Shown one piece after another: positions 55,496 through 63,737 of a DNA stretch of 64,000 bases; the stretch's first letter is position 1, and every line of letters starts with the position of its first letter. A model generated the notes under the pieces. That model was not told the DNA's origin. It worked only from the letters and a program-made list of their open reading frames with translations, and did not search any database. The position numbers and the translations under genes were made by a program. The DNA is from a virus, in the IMG/VR virus record IMGVR_UViG_3300033997_000141, positions 21,535 through 85,534 of that record. The stretch is one strand, 5' to 3'.

Positions 55496-55843
55496 CTACA
55501 GGGGAATGTCGCGCAGAATGACGCAGGCCAGCTCATCGCCGGCCTCGCTGTATAGGCCCAGGACCGCCTCATCGGCTTCCTCTCGGGTCTCCGGCATGTC
55601 GCAGCCTCCCTCATCGGTGAGGAGCAGGTAGCGACCGCCGGGCAGAACCTTGCGGTAGGCCATGCAGCCTCCGCCTGTGTGGTACTCCTCGAACCCGTAG
55701 GTGGTGGCGGGCACCCACTTCTGGCCGCAGGGGCTCATCAGTGGGTCGCGAATCCGGGCGCCTTCGTGCTCGAAGGCCATCAGCTCGGGCATGTACGGCA
55801 CCTGCAAGCGGGTGCCGTCGCCGAGGATGATCGTCATGCTCAT
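55496..55843 (-). CDS. Conserved phage protein (GF...HTGGGC.A motif)
   Basis: YGFEEYHTGGGCMAY...YLLLTD. Confidence 0.7.
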   Translation of the reverse strand: MSMTIILGDGTRLQVPYMPELMAFEHEGARIRDPLMSPCGQKWVPATTYGFEEYHTGGGCMAYRKVLPGGRYLLLTDEGGCDMPETREEADEAVLGLYSEAGDELACVILRDIPL

Positions 55844-56031
55844 GGCTTTCTCCTGGCTTTGCGCTGGGCCTTGCGGGCCTTCTTGCGCTTGTCACCATGG
55901 CCTTTCGGCCGCTTCCCCTCGGTTACCTGGCGCGCCGGCCGCTGGCCCGGCAGACTGACGTCCACCGGCGGTGGACACATTCGATACGCCATGCCCTTGG
56001 GGTCGAACATCAGTCCGGGGTTGACGATCAC
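55840..56031 (-). CDS. Small protein with Lys/Arg-rich C-terminus
   Basis: KRKKARKAQRKARRK tail, coupled at both ends. Confidence 0.6.
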   Translation of the reverse strand: MIVNPGLMFDPKGMAYRMCPPPVDVSLPGQRPARQVTEGKRPKGHGDKRKKARKAQRKARRKP

Positions 56032-56795
56032 AATGCCCCCGCCGCGGCCAACGCCGACCTGATCTTGGCCAGCTGGTCCACCGCCGCTGCGCTTTGCTCG
56101 CGCTGCTCGGTCACCTCCAGCGCCACCTCATCGATCTGGGCGGCGATGTTCACCAGGGCCAGGCGGTTCGCCTCGGCCTGGCTGCGCAGGGCCTCGGCCA
56201 GCGCGGCCAGCAGGGTAAGGGTGTCCGGTTTCTCGGGCAGGCTCACGGGTGCTTCCTTCTGTGGGGCGTCGATGGTGCCGTGCTGGCGCATGTTGCGGTT
56301 CATTTCCTCAGCCTGTTCCAGCGCCTCGGCGGTGTCTTTCTGGGCGCAATCCAGGTGCATGATGCGGCCGTCGCCAACGTCCTGGGCGCCTTCTTTGTTG
56401 CACCGGCTGCACATCCACACCGGCGGGCGGAGGGTGCGAACGCTGCGGTCCTTGGTGTGGATCAGCTGCGGGCCTTGCGGGATCAGGTTTTCCTTACCCG
56501 TCGCGGCGGCAGTCTCTTGCGAAACCACCCCGTCCAGGTTCAACTCCTTCAGCTGCTCGCTGAGGGAGGCCTTGACCTCGACCTGGATGAAACGGCTGCG
56601 GCTGACTTCCTTGATCAGGCCGTCTGCCTTGAGCTTGCCCAGGCAGCCCTTGACCACGTTGATGTCCGGGTTGCCCGGCATCGCCCCGCAGATCATCGAC
56701 GTGGCCCACGGCTCGCTGGCCGGCACCGACTCGTAGACCTTCAGGGCCATGGCGTTCAGGCTGCGAACAAGCTTGGCGTGTACTTTAGGTGTCAT
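56028..56795 (-). CDS. Putative winged-helix DNA-binding protein with C-terminal coiled coil
   Basis: KVYESVP..EPW...I......V.GCL..LK.DGLI.E....F pattern, central CxxC...HxxC, RBS AAGGAG. Confidence 0.6.
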   Translation of the reverse strand: MTPKVHAKLVRSLNAMALKVYESVPASEPWATSMICGAMPGNPDINVVKGCLGKLKADGLIKEVSRSRFIQVEVKASLSEQLKELNLDGVVSQETAAATGKENLIPQGPQLIHTKDRSVRTLRPPVWMCSRCNKEGAQDVGDGRIMHLDCAQKDTAEALEQAEEMNRNMRQHGTIDAPQKEAPVSLPEKPDTLTLLAALAEALRSQAEANRLALVNIAAQIDEVALEVTEQREQSAAAVDQLAKIRSALAAAGAL

Positions 56796-56823
56796 GCGCA
56801 ACTCCTTGATTGCTAATGCTATT

Positions 56824-56840
56824 TCTGACGAAACGTCAGA
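56824..56840. promoter_or_regulatory. Perfect palindrome TCTGACG-AAA-CGTCAGA, operator-like
   Basis: Inverted repeat just upstream of a TAGCAT -10-like box and the RBS of the wHTH gene. Confidence 0.5.
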
Positions 56841-57273
56841 CTTGCCCTACGGGGCCGTGTACAAAGTGTTCGTGATGCGCCGCGGCCTTGAGCATGGCGT
56901 CCAGCCTGGTGCTGGAATGGCCCACCCACTCACCGCAGAAGCGCGTGATCCAGCTGGGATCGTGCTCGCCGTGGTACTCGCGGCTGTAGCTGTACCGGCG
57001 ATCCTTGGCGATCTCCTTGAGCGTGCCGCCGTAGCGCGCCTTGACCCACATGGCCCACACCTCCCGCGCCCGACCCAGCCGGGGGAAGGTGGACAGGCCA
57101 GTGCGCTGGCGGGTGATGTGGTCGAAGCTGCTGAGGTGCCAGCAGCCGTCCTGCAGGCGCAAGGTCACCTCGCTGTGCAAGCCCAAGTGCGGCAGGTTGA
57201 GCTCGGCCTTCTGCACGTACCCGCAGGCAAAAGCGTGCAGGGTCAGGCCGTTGGATTGGCGGTAGGTGGGCAT
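56836..57273 (-). CDS. Hypothetical protein, apparently two fused small phage domains
   Basis: GLT.HAFACGY... followed by Y...REY.G.......RFCGEW.G. Confidence 0.7.
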   Translation of the reverse strand: MPTYRQSNGLTLHAFACGYVQKAELNLPHLGLHSEVTLRLQDGCWHLSSFDHITRQRTGLSTFPRLGRAREVWAMWVKARYGGTLKEIAKDRRYSYSREYHGEHDPSWITRFCGEWVGHSSTRLDAMLKAAAHHEHFVHGPVGQV

Positions 57274-57470
57274 GCTGGTGGCTCCTCGATGGTTTCGAAG
57301 CCGACCAGCTTGTACTGATCGACCCAGGCGGCTTCGCACTCGCTGCAGCTGACGCCTTGCATCGCGGTGCCGGTGCCGATCTCCACCTCGCCGCCTACGA
57401 TGTCAGTGCTGCCGCAATGGGGGCAGAAGTTGCCGCCCTTGGCGACGTACTCTTTGTCGGTGAGTGGCAT
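57243..57470 (-). CDS. Zn-ribbon protein
   Basis: CPHCGS.DI....V.CSEC...W.D.Y. Confidence 0.7.
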   Translation of the reverse strand: MPLTDKEYVAKGGNFCPHCGSTDIVGGEVEIGTGTAMQGVSCSECEAAWVDQYKLVGFETIEEPPACPPTANPTA

Positions 57471-58402
57471 CAGATAGGTCTCCCATGCTTGAGGTCGTCC
57501 TCGTGCATGCCGTAGAGCATGGCCACCGAGGGCGCGAGGGTGGTGCGCAGGCACTCCAGCGTGCCCTCGAGCACCACGATGCGGGCCTTGTCGGCGTTGG
57601 CCTGCTCGTCGATGTACATCGCCTCAGCGGCGTTGAAATCGACGTCTCCCACCGCCTGCAGCTTGCCGTAGCCCGACAGGCTGTAGCCGATCAGTTGGTA
57701 GAACTGCACCAGGTCCTCGCGGGTGGTGTCAGGGTCGCGGACGATGTCGTTGAGGCTGTAGCCGTGCTGCGTGGCCACATCGAGGAGCTTGCGGACGATG
57801 CCGTTCTCCTTGAAGCGCAGGACGCTGTCGTCCATGTAGAGCGGTTGGATGGGGTGCTTCATGTCAGCGCTCCCGTGGTGGCTGAGGTTGTGGGGTTGGG
57901 GTGAGCACCAGGCGGCCAGCTTCACGGCCACCGCACAGGCACGTAGGAGCTGTGGCCGATGGGTCCTGACCCCCGTGTAGTTCGAGGCGTTCTCCAGCAC
58001 CTCCACCCACCACTGGTCGCTATGCAGTGGTGACCCGTCGGCATCGCGGATCGGCGCGCCGGCCAGCACCCGCTCAGGCTCCACGCCGATCAGCTTGATC
58101 ACGTCCGCCCATTCGACGTACTCACCGCGCGGGTCGGGGTTGTCGTACATGCCCCCATCACCGCAGGCGATGTGGTGGCGGGGCAGGGCGGCAATGTTGG
58201 CCTCCAGCCGCTTCATGTGCTGGCGCTGGGCGCCCAGCAGCCACGCCAGACTGTTGACCAATGGCTCCTGATCCTCGCGCGGCAGGACCACGCAGGCCGG
58301 CGAGACGCCGCTGACCATCCGCAGGCTGTTGACCAGCTCATGCACCTGGCCCGCACCTTTGGATGAAGCCACGAAAGTGAGGGTGTAGCGGTGCTCGTTC
58401 AT
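57470..58402 (-). CDS. Hypothetical multi-module protein with possible internal start at 57861
   Basis: C-terminal HPIQPL....VLRFKEN.IV..LL....QF.QLIGYSLSG.G.L module, preceded by GGGAG...ATG. Confidence 0.65.
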   Translation of the reverse strand: MNEHRYTLTFVASSKGAGQVHELVNSLRMVSGVSPACVVLPREDQEPLVNSLAWLLGAQRQHMKRLEANIAALPRHHIACGDGGMYDNPDPRGEYVEWADVIKLIGVEPERVLAGAPIRDADGSPLHSDQWWVEVLENASNYTGVRTHRPQLLRACAVAVKLAAWCSPQPHNLSHHGSADMKHPIQPLYMDDSVLRFKENGIVRKLLDVATQHGYSLNDIVRDPDTTREDLVQFYQLIGYSLSGYGKLQAVGDVDFNAAEAMYIDEQANADKARIVVLEGTLECLRTTLAPSVAMLYGMHEDDLKHGRPI

Positions 58403-58587
58403 GGCTGCTCCGGGGTTTCGATGTGATAGCGACCATCCTTGTCCACCAGCAGGGTCTCGCCTGGCTTGAGGGGTGGCTTGCCGATCTGGATCCGGCGTTC
58501 ATGGATGGCCAGAAGGTAATCGAACGGGTAGGCCCGGCGGGCCTCCTGCTCGCTGCGGTAATGGCTGGTTCCGGTGCGGATGGCCAT
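58399..58587 (-). CDS. Hypothetical protein
   Basis: RBS GGAGGAG, GTSH......A.R.Y....I.IGKP.LKPGE.L...GRY. Confidence 0.65.
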   Translation of the reverse strand: MAIRTGTSHYRSEQEARRAYPFDYLLAIHERRIQIGKPPLKPGETLLVDKDGRYHIETPEQP

Positions 58588-58588
58588 G

Positions 58589-58909
58589 TCAGTGCTCCTC
58601 CTGCCTCTCGATCTTCCCGGCCGCTGCGAGCGAGCGAGAGGTTGAACCAGAGGGCTTGGGTGGGTGAGTGAACAGGGGCGCCAAGTCGCCTCGGGGGTTG
58701 TCCCCGAAGGCATAGCAACGTTGTCCAGGTTTGAGGGTGACCAGCGCCTCGAATTGAGCCCATGCCACAGGCTCGACCGGCATGGCAGCAAGCGCCGCCT
58801 CGATGCCGTTCTTCACCAGGTCCATGACCGTCTCGCTGCCGTTTCCGGCGAGGTTGGTGGCCTCGACGAAGGCCTGGTACATCTCGTCGGTGCAGGTGAT
58901 AGGAGTCAT
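58589..58909 (-). CDS. Hypothetical protein
   Basis: T.EM..A...EPVAW...PLFTHP pattern common in phage accessory proteins. Confidence 0.65.
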   Translation of the reverse strand: MTPITCTDEMYQAFVEATNLAGNGSETVMDLVKNGIEAALAAMPVEPVAWAQFEALVTLKPGQRCYAFGDNPRGDLAPLFTHPPKPSGSTSRSLAAAGKIERQEEH

Positions 58910-59592
58910 TCAATGTCGTCCCATTTGAGGATGTTCACGCTGCCCTCGGCCACGCCGATCACTGCGATATCATCGAGGCTCCAGTTCTGGCCACCGCTGC
59001 CCCACTCGACGGAGCACTGCTCGGCGCCGAGCTCAGAGGCGTGTTCGGCGTCCCGCGCCTCCACCGTGCCGATCCAGGTGGTGCCTTCGTTGTTGGCCTC
59101 GCGGCAGAAGACGGTGAAGGTGGGCAGGCGCTGCTCCACCCGGCTACCAGGGTCGAAGTCCACATGAGCGGTGCAATGCACGGCGCTGGCTGGCTCCACC
59201 AGCAACCCACTCACGTCCACCATCATCATGCACAGGTTGGCCACGTCGGCGGCGTACTCGCGGATGCCTTCGCTGTTGCGGTCCTTGACGGCCTTCTGGA
59301 GCTTGCCCATGTGGTGGTACAGCTCCAGCAGGCATTCCCACGGCTGCATGGCCAGCCAGCCCTCGCGGTCACCCTTGCCGGAGTTGGCGTGCAGCTCCTG
59401 GCGCATCAGGGCGAGGAAGGGGAGGAGGGTGTCGTCGTACTTGGCGGGTGGGGCGGCCAGCAGCTCAGGCTGCCCTACCAGTTCGGCTAAGGCCCTGGCC
59501 ATCGCGGCGCACCAGTTCGACGTCCCGTGCAGGAGTTCCTTGTGGTTGACTTGGCCATACGCCTGCATGACCGTCTTCATGCTGATGCTCAT
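58906..59592 (-). CDS. Protein with MazG-like helical domain plus C-terminal module
   Basis: M..ELHAN.GKGDR.GW...LE.Y.H..KL......IREYAADVAN..MM. Confidence 0.6.
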   Translation of the reverse strand: MSISMKTVMQAYGQVNHKELLHGTSNWCAAMARALAELVGQPELLAAPPAKYDDTLLPFLALMRQELHANSGKGDREGWLAMQPWECLLELYHHMGKLQKAVKDRNSEGIREYAADVANLCMMMVDVSGLLVEPASAVHCTAHVDFDPGSRVEQRLPTFTVFCREANNEGTTWIGTVEARDAEHASELGAEQCSVEWGSGGQNWSLDDIAVIGVAEGSVNILKWDDIE

Positions 59593-60161
59593 TCGTCCTC
59601 CTGCTCGCCGCACTTGGCGCAGATGCTGATGGTGGGCTGGCTCATGCTGATGGCACCGCCATCGGCTGCGCGGGCCTCGAAGTCGTGGGTGCACCGGACC
59701 TTGGGCAGGGCCTCGGCGATGCGCTCCCGCAGGGCTTGGCTGCGCTCGCCGGTGTTCAGGAGTTCGTAGGCCTCGAGCAACATGCCTTCGAACTTGAGGA
59801 TGACGGCCTCCTTGCGGACGTTCTCCAGCTCCTGGTCCGCCAGCTGGGCGCGCAGGGTGTCGCGCTGCTTGATAAGTTCGGCATGCTTCTCGATCAGCGA
59901 CTTATGCGTCGGCGTCACGCGCTCGCGCATGCGTTCGATCTCAGCGCGCAGCCGCTCAACCTCGCCATGATCGGCTTTAGCCTCATCGGCCATGTCGAAC
60001 AGGGGCCGCACCTCGCGGATCACCCCGAGGATGTTGGGCCCAGGATTGGCCGAATAGACCTCGTACTCGGCCAGGCTGATCTCGTGCCAGTTGCGCCACT
60101 CGCTGCCTTCGCGGGTGGTCTTCATGCGGCACTGGTAGGCCACGGGTTGACGCTGCGTCAT
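59589..60161 (-). CDS. Ead/Ea22-like accessory protein
   Basis: PVAYQ.R...W...EVERLRAE coiled coil and C-terminal C.H...C.KC. Confidence 0.55.
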   Translation of the reverse strand: MTQRQPVAYQCRMKTTREGSEWRNWHEISLAEYEVYSANPGPNILGVIREVRPLFDMADEAKADHGEVERLRAEIERMRERVTPTHKSLIEKHAELIKQRDTLRAQLADQELENVRKEAVILKFEGMLLEAYELLNTGERSQALRERIAEALPKVRCTHDFEARAADGGAISMSQPTISICAKCGEQEDE

Positions 60162-60415
60162 GCTTCCCCCTTGATTTCGATGCACTCCACGGAAACGTTG
60201 GCCGTGTTGCCGAACATCGTCAGCTCGTACAGGATGCGGTCCTTGAGCGTGCTGAACTTCACGGTGGGGCTGCGCTCGAGCACACCCTTCTTCTCCGCCG
60301 CCAGGTAACCCCGGCACTCCGCCATGGACGGAACCACCGTGTGGCTCACGTTCACGCTTTCCAGCGACATCATGCCGACCACCAACACGGTCGTTTTCAA
60401 CAGAATCATGCTCAC
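60158..60415 (-). CDS. Hypothetical protein, possibly exported
   Basis: Hydrophobic N-terminus, S..EC...VEC Cys pair. Confidence 0.55.
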   Translation of the reverse strand: MSMILLKTTVLVVGMMSLESVNVSHTVVPSMAECRGYLAAEKKGVLERSPTVKFSTLKDRILYELTMFGNTANVSVECIEIKGEA

Positions 60416-61905
60416 TCCTCGGTCAGTCGGACCATGTTGAGGTCGCGGCGGGGGATGTACTTGGCCTTCTCGTCATCGCGGCCTTCGTGCTCCACCCACG
60501 CCACATTGTAATAATTTTCTACGCTGAACAGCGGATAACTCATGGCGCGGAGCTTCTGCGCCCAGTACGCCCGCTGCGGGTCGTGGTCCATCTCCAGCTC
60601 GCGCGCCAGGTTCTCCATCTCCTCCATCCACTCTGCCTGAGCCAGGTGGAACACCCCGGAGGTATCGACCAGCTCCACGGCCTCCCGCACCGTCGCCGCC
60701 GACATGAACGTCTCACCGCGACGCTTCTGGTCCTCCACCGCGAAGCGCACCAGCTTGCCGGTGGGCAGCCCCGTCAGCAGCGACATGCCGATCAGGCAAC
60801 GGGCATTGATCAGCACAGGCTCGCGCGTCCGGCACCGGCCCGACACACACAGCCGGCGAATGATCAGCCGCGCCATCACCTTGGTCATGTCCTCGCCCGG
60901 GTCGCCGCTCAGTTGCAGCTCGGACCAGGGCCGCTCATAGACCGCCCGCACCGCCGCCGCGAAGGCCATGTTCGTAGGGTGCGCTGCGTCCGCCCAGTAG
61001 CCCATGCCGTAGTCGCGCTCGATGCGCCGCCGGCTGTGGGGCTGGATCAGGGTGGAGTTGACGGACAGCGCCTGCATGGCGTCGATCATCACGCCCGGCT
61101 TGATGGCGTTGATGCGGTGGTAGAGGTCGGCGCCATAGCCGCTGTTGTGCATCAGGTGCATGGCGAACGGACCTCGGGTGCCCTCCAGCCACTCGCGCCG
61201 CGCCGAGTAGGTGCGGTCCTTGTACTGGATCACCTTGCGCAGCCGCTCCAGCCGCCCGGCATACGCACCTTCATCCTCACTCGACAGCTGGTAGAGCTGC
61301 GACTCGAGGAACATGTCGCCATGGTGATGCACCTGGTCGGGGCGATAGCCGACGGTGGCCAGCGCGTCGGAGAGGTTGGACTCGACGTCCTGGTCCTCGA
61401 ACTCCAGCAGCCCGAGCGCCCGCTCGCACGCCACCTCCAGCTCGTACAGGGAGCAGCCGCCCAGCAGCAGCGCGACGGTGCGCGGGCTGCATGGCTCGAA
61501 CGGGCTGCCGGAGCTGTGGCGCAGCGCCGACTTGGCCAGGCCGTTGAGGTAGGCCTTGAAGGGCTCATCGGGCAGGTCGTGGGCGCCGATCAGGCAGCGG
61601 CCGGCGTTCCTGGCGATCTCCTCCTCAAGGTAGGGCGACCCCCCGGTGGCCGGCTTGGGCACCAGGCCGTTGGCGACCATCTGCGCAGCCAGCAGGTGCT
61701 GGCCCAGCACGTTGAGATCGGCGGGGCTGGCGTGCTTGACCGCCGCAGGCACGGAGCGCTCCTTGCGGCTGCGACCCCCGACGGGCAGTGTCACAACGTG
61801 CGGCGCGCCGACCTTCTCGGAGCTGCGGTGCACGGATTTCTTGGGCTTGCGGGCAGCCTCTTGGGCTGCGACCTGCTCCGGGGACAGGGTCTGAAATAAG
61901 TTCAT
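60412..61905 (-). CDS. Large hypothetical protein, first gene after the non-coding region
   Basis: About 497 aa with phage-typical codon usage and RBS GGAG. No motif recognised. Confidence 0.75.
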   Translation of the reverse strand: MNLFQTLSPEQVAAQEAARKPKKSVHRSSEKVGAPHVVTLPVGGRSRKERSVPAAVKHASPADLNVLGQHLLAAQMVANGLVPKPATGGSPYLEEEIARNAGRCLIGAHDLPDEPFKAYLNGLAKSALRHSSGSPFEPCSPRTVALLLGGCSLYELEVACERALGLLEFEDQDVESNLSDALATVGYRPDQVHHHGDMFLESQLYQLSSEDEGAYAGRLERLRKVIQYKDRTYSARREWLEGTRGPFAMHLMHNSGYGADLYHRINAIKPGVMIDAMQALSVNSTLIQPHSRRRIERDYGMGYWADAAHPTNMAFAAAVRAVYERPWSELQLSGDPGEDMTKVMARLIIRRLCVSGRCRTREPVLINARCLIGMSLLTGLPTGKLVRFAVEDQKRRGETFMSAATVREAVELVDTSGVFHLAQAEWMEEMENLARELEMDHDPQRAYWAQKLRAMSYPLFSVENYYNVAWVEHEGRDDEKAKYIPRRDLNMVRLTEE

Positions 61906-61914
61906 GGCCACTCC

Positions 61915-62588
61915 AGGGTAAAATCGGAAAATCGTTATGAAATTAGCATAAAACGCGAAACCTCGATAGGTGAGGTAAGGCTCATTTTGCGATTATTTCT
62001 TCGGTCTTTTCCCAGTTGACCCCTACTTGGGAGTTATACCCTTATCGTCTGTATAAGGGCAGTGTGGAAAAAGCGAAAAGTTGGCCGTTTCGGTGTGGTT
62101 AAAAAGTAACCGAAAACCGGCTTCTGTAACTCTTGGCCGCGTAAGTTATGGTGACGACGCGGCGGCCTCCTTTGCGCCCAGGGAATCCGCTGGAGGCCCC
62201 GTGGATGCCGGGGTTGGGGCGGATGAGGGCGTCAGGGAGGGTATAAGGGCGGGTGAAGGCGTGGAATTGCTGGGAGGCGCCGGGAATACTGGAGTTGAGG
62301 GGTGTCAGGGAGGGTGAGGAGGCGGTATAGGGCGGGAGTGAGGGGGATAGTTAGAGTTTTCACGCTGCCAGCCTAACCGCTAGAATCATTTTTCAAAAAA
62401 CGTTTCAAGTCCTCCGGGACGTAAACTTTATTGTTTCCCTGGATCAGCCTGAGTGTTATGTGACTCCCTTATACAATAACAATAACAATAACAATCATAA
62501 GTAATACTTACTTACTTACTACAGGCCGTCTGTCTGAAAAGACTTGACACGCACCTTTACTCGTGTTCACCGCCACCTTTACTCACCG
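61915..62588. repeat. Repeat-rich non-coding control region (origin/promoter/terminus candidate)
   Basis: GTATAAGGG x3 plus one variant, GTCAGGGAGGGT x2, ACAATA x3 plus ACAAT, (TACT)4, CACCTTTACTC x2, and hairpins. Confidence 0.75.
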
Positions 62589-62828
62589 TCACACCGCCAG
62601 CATTCCTTTACGCTGCGCTGTGCCGGTTAGGGTTTGCCCACTGCCAGGCTCTTGATCCGGGTGGCGCCGCGCGGGGCGGCCGGGCGTGGCTGGCGCGCCG
62701 ACCACCACTCGCCGAGCGCGCTCAGGGCGATGCCGAGCAAGGCCAGGGGCGGCCACGGTGGCGCAGAGGGACAGCAGGGCCAGGTCATGGCCGTCGAGGC
62801 CGTCAAACACGATCACAGGGAGCTTCAC
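62589..62828 (-). CDS. Hypothetical protein
   Basis: GTG start after AAGGAGG. Confidence 0.45.
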   Translation of the reverse strand: MKLPVIVFDGLDGHDLALLSLCATVAAPGLARHRPERARRVVVGAPATPGRPARRHPDQEPGSGQTLTGTAQRKGMLAV

Positions 62829-62881
62829 AGCGCCTCCTTGGGGGTTGGGTAGGACGACCGGGTGATCGGCTGCGGATGGGC

Positions 62882-63358
62882 TCACAGGTAGGTCAGGTGA
62901 CGCTGCTCGAGGGCGTTGATCTCGCCCGCCAGCTGCGACCACAGCTTGTCGCTGCTGTGCTGGTTGGTGACGAAGCCGTCACCCTGGCTGAGCTGCAGCC
63001 AGACCTTGCCCGGCATCGCCAGCAGGCCCTCGACAATGTCGCGCTCACCGGCCAGCTGGGCCTTGGCCAGCGCGTCGTGGTAGGCGCCGGGGTTCTCGAT
63101 CAGGTCGCCCAGCAGCAGGCGGCGCATGCGCACCTTGGCCGTGCTGCGCGTCGGGCGGAAGTAGTGGGTATCAGCGCACCAGTTGCAGGCCTTTTGCAGC
63201 GCCTGGTTGGTGTGGCCGCCGGCAATGTAGGTGTCCACCTGCGCCCGGTTGACGCCGTTGATCGTCACCCAGTAGATGTTCGGGTACGGCAAATCCAGGC
63301 TGCGATTGGCCGGAGTCAGGCGCACACGTTCGATCAGGTCGGTCAAGGTCATGGTCAT
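62882..63358 (-). CDS. Hypothetical protein
   Basis: 158 aa with phage-typical codon usage. Confidence 0.7.
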   Translation of the reverse strand: MTMTLTDLIERVRLTPANRSLDLPYPNIYWVTINGVNRAQVDTYIAGGHTNQALQKACNWCADTHYFRPTRSTAKVRMRRLLLGDLIENPGAYHDALAKAQLAGERDIVEGLLAMPGKVWLQLSQGDGFVTNQHSSDKLWSQLAGEINALEQRHLTYL

Positions 63359-63469
63359 GGGGCTAGTCCTAATGCGGGGAATTTTCGATGGGGATTTTTG
63401 GACCGCCTTTTCAGGCCGCCGTTACCCTTGGCACAGGCGCGGCGAGACCGACGGCCTCACCCGCGCGCG

Positions 63470-63499
63470 AATAAAAAAGCCCGACCAGGTGGCCGGGCT
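63470..63499 (-). terminator. Rho-independent terminator
   Basis: Minus strand AGCCCGGCCACCTGGTCGGGCT followed by TTTTTATT. Confidence 0.85.
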
Positions 63500-63508
63500 A
63501 AAGGGAAA

Positions 63509-63700
63509 TCAGATGCGCTGCAGACCGCGATTGGCCGCCCAGCACAACAAGCCATACGCCACGGCGCCGGGCAGCGCGGCCAGCGGATGCAGACCGTAGC
63601 CGTCGAGCACGTAGGAAAACGCGGCGTCGGCGGCGATTCCAGCGACGATGAGGAACGCCAGCAGGACCAGCAGGCGCAGGATCAGGGCGACGTAACGCAT
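63509..63700 (-). CDS. Small two-TM membrane protein
   Basis: MRYVALILRLLVLLAFL..., RBS AAGGA. Confidence 0.6.
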   Translation of the reverse strand: MRYVALILRLLVLLAFLIVAGIAADAAFSYVLDGYGLHPLAALPGAVAYGLLCWAANRGLQRI

Positions 63701-63737
63701 GGCGGGGTATCCTTGGGGCGCCGGGGCGCCCGGTAGG

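Noticed and set aside
62081-62317. 78-aa Gly-rich + strand ORF in the control region
   Set aside because: TTG start with no RBS, opposite to all neighbours. Explained by the G-rich repeats.
62544-62575. TTGACA at 62544 (+) and at 27006-27011 (-) as sigma70 promoters
   Set aside because: No acceptable -10 hexamer at 16-18 bp spacing.
62473-62584. Short repeats considered as a CRISPR or mini-array
   Set aside because: Units are 4-11 bp without repeat-spacer periodicity, and no cas genes were seen.
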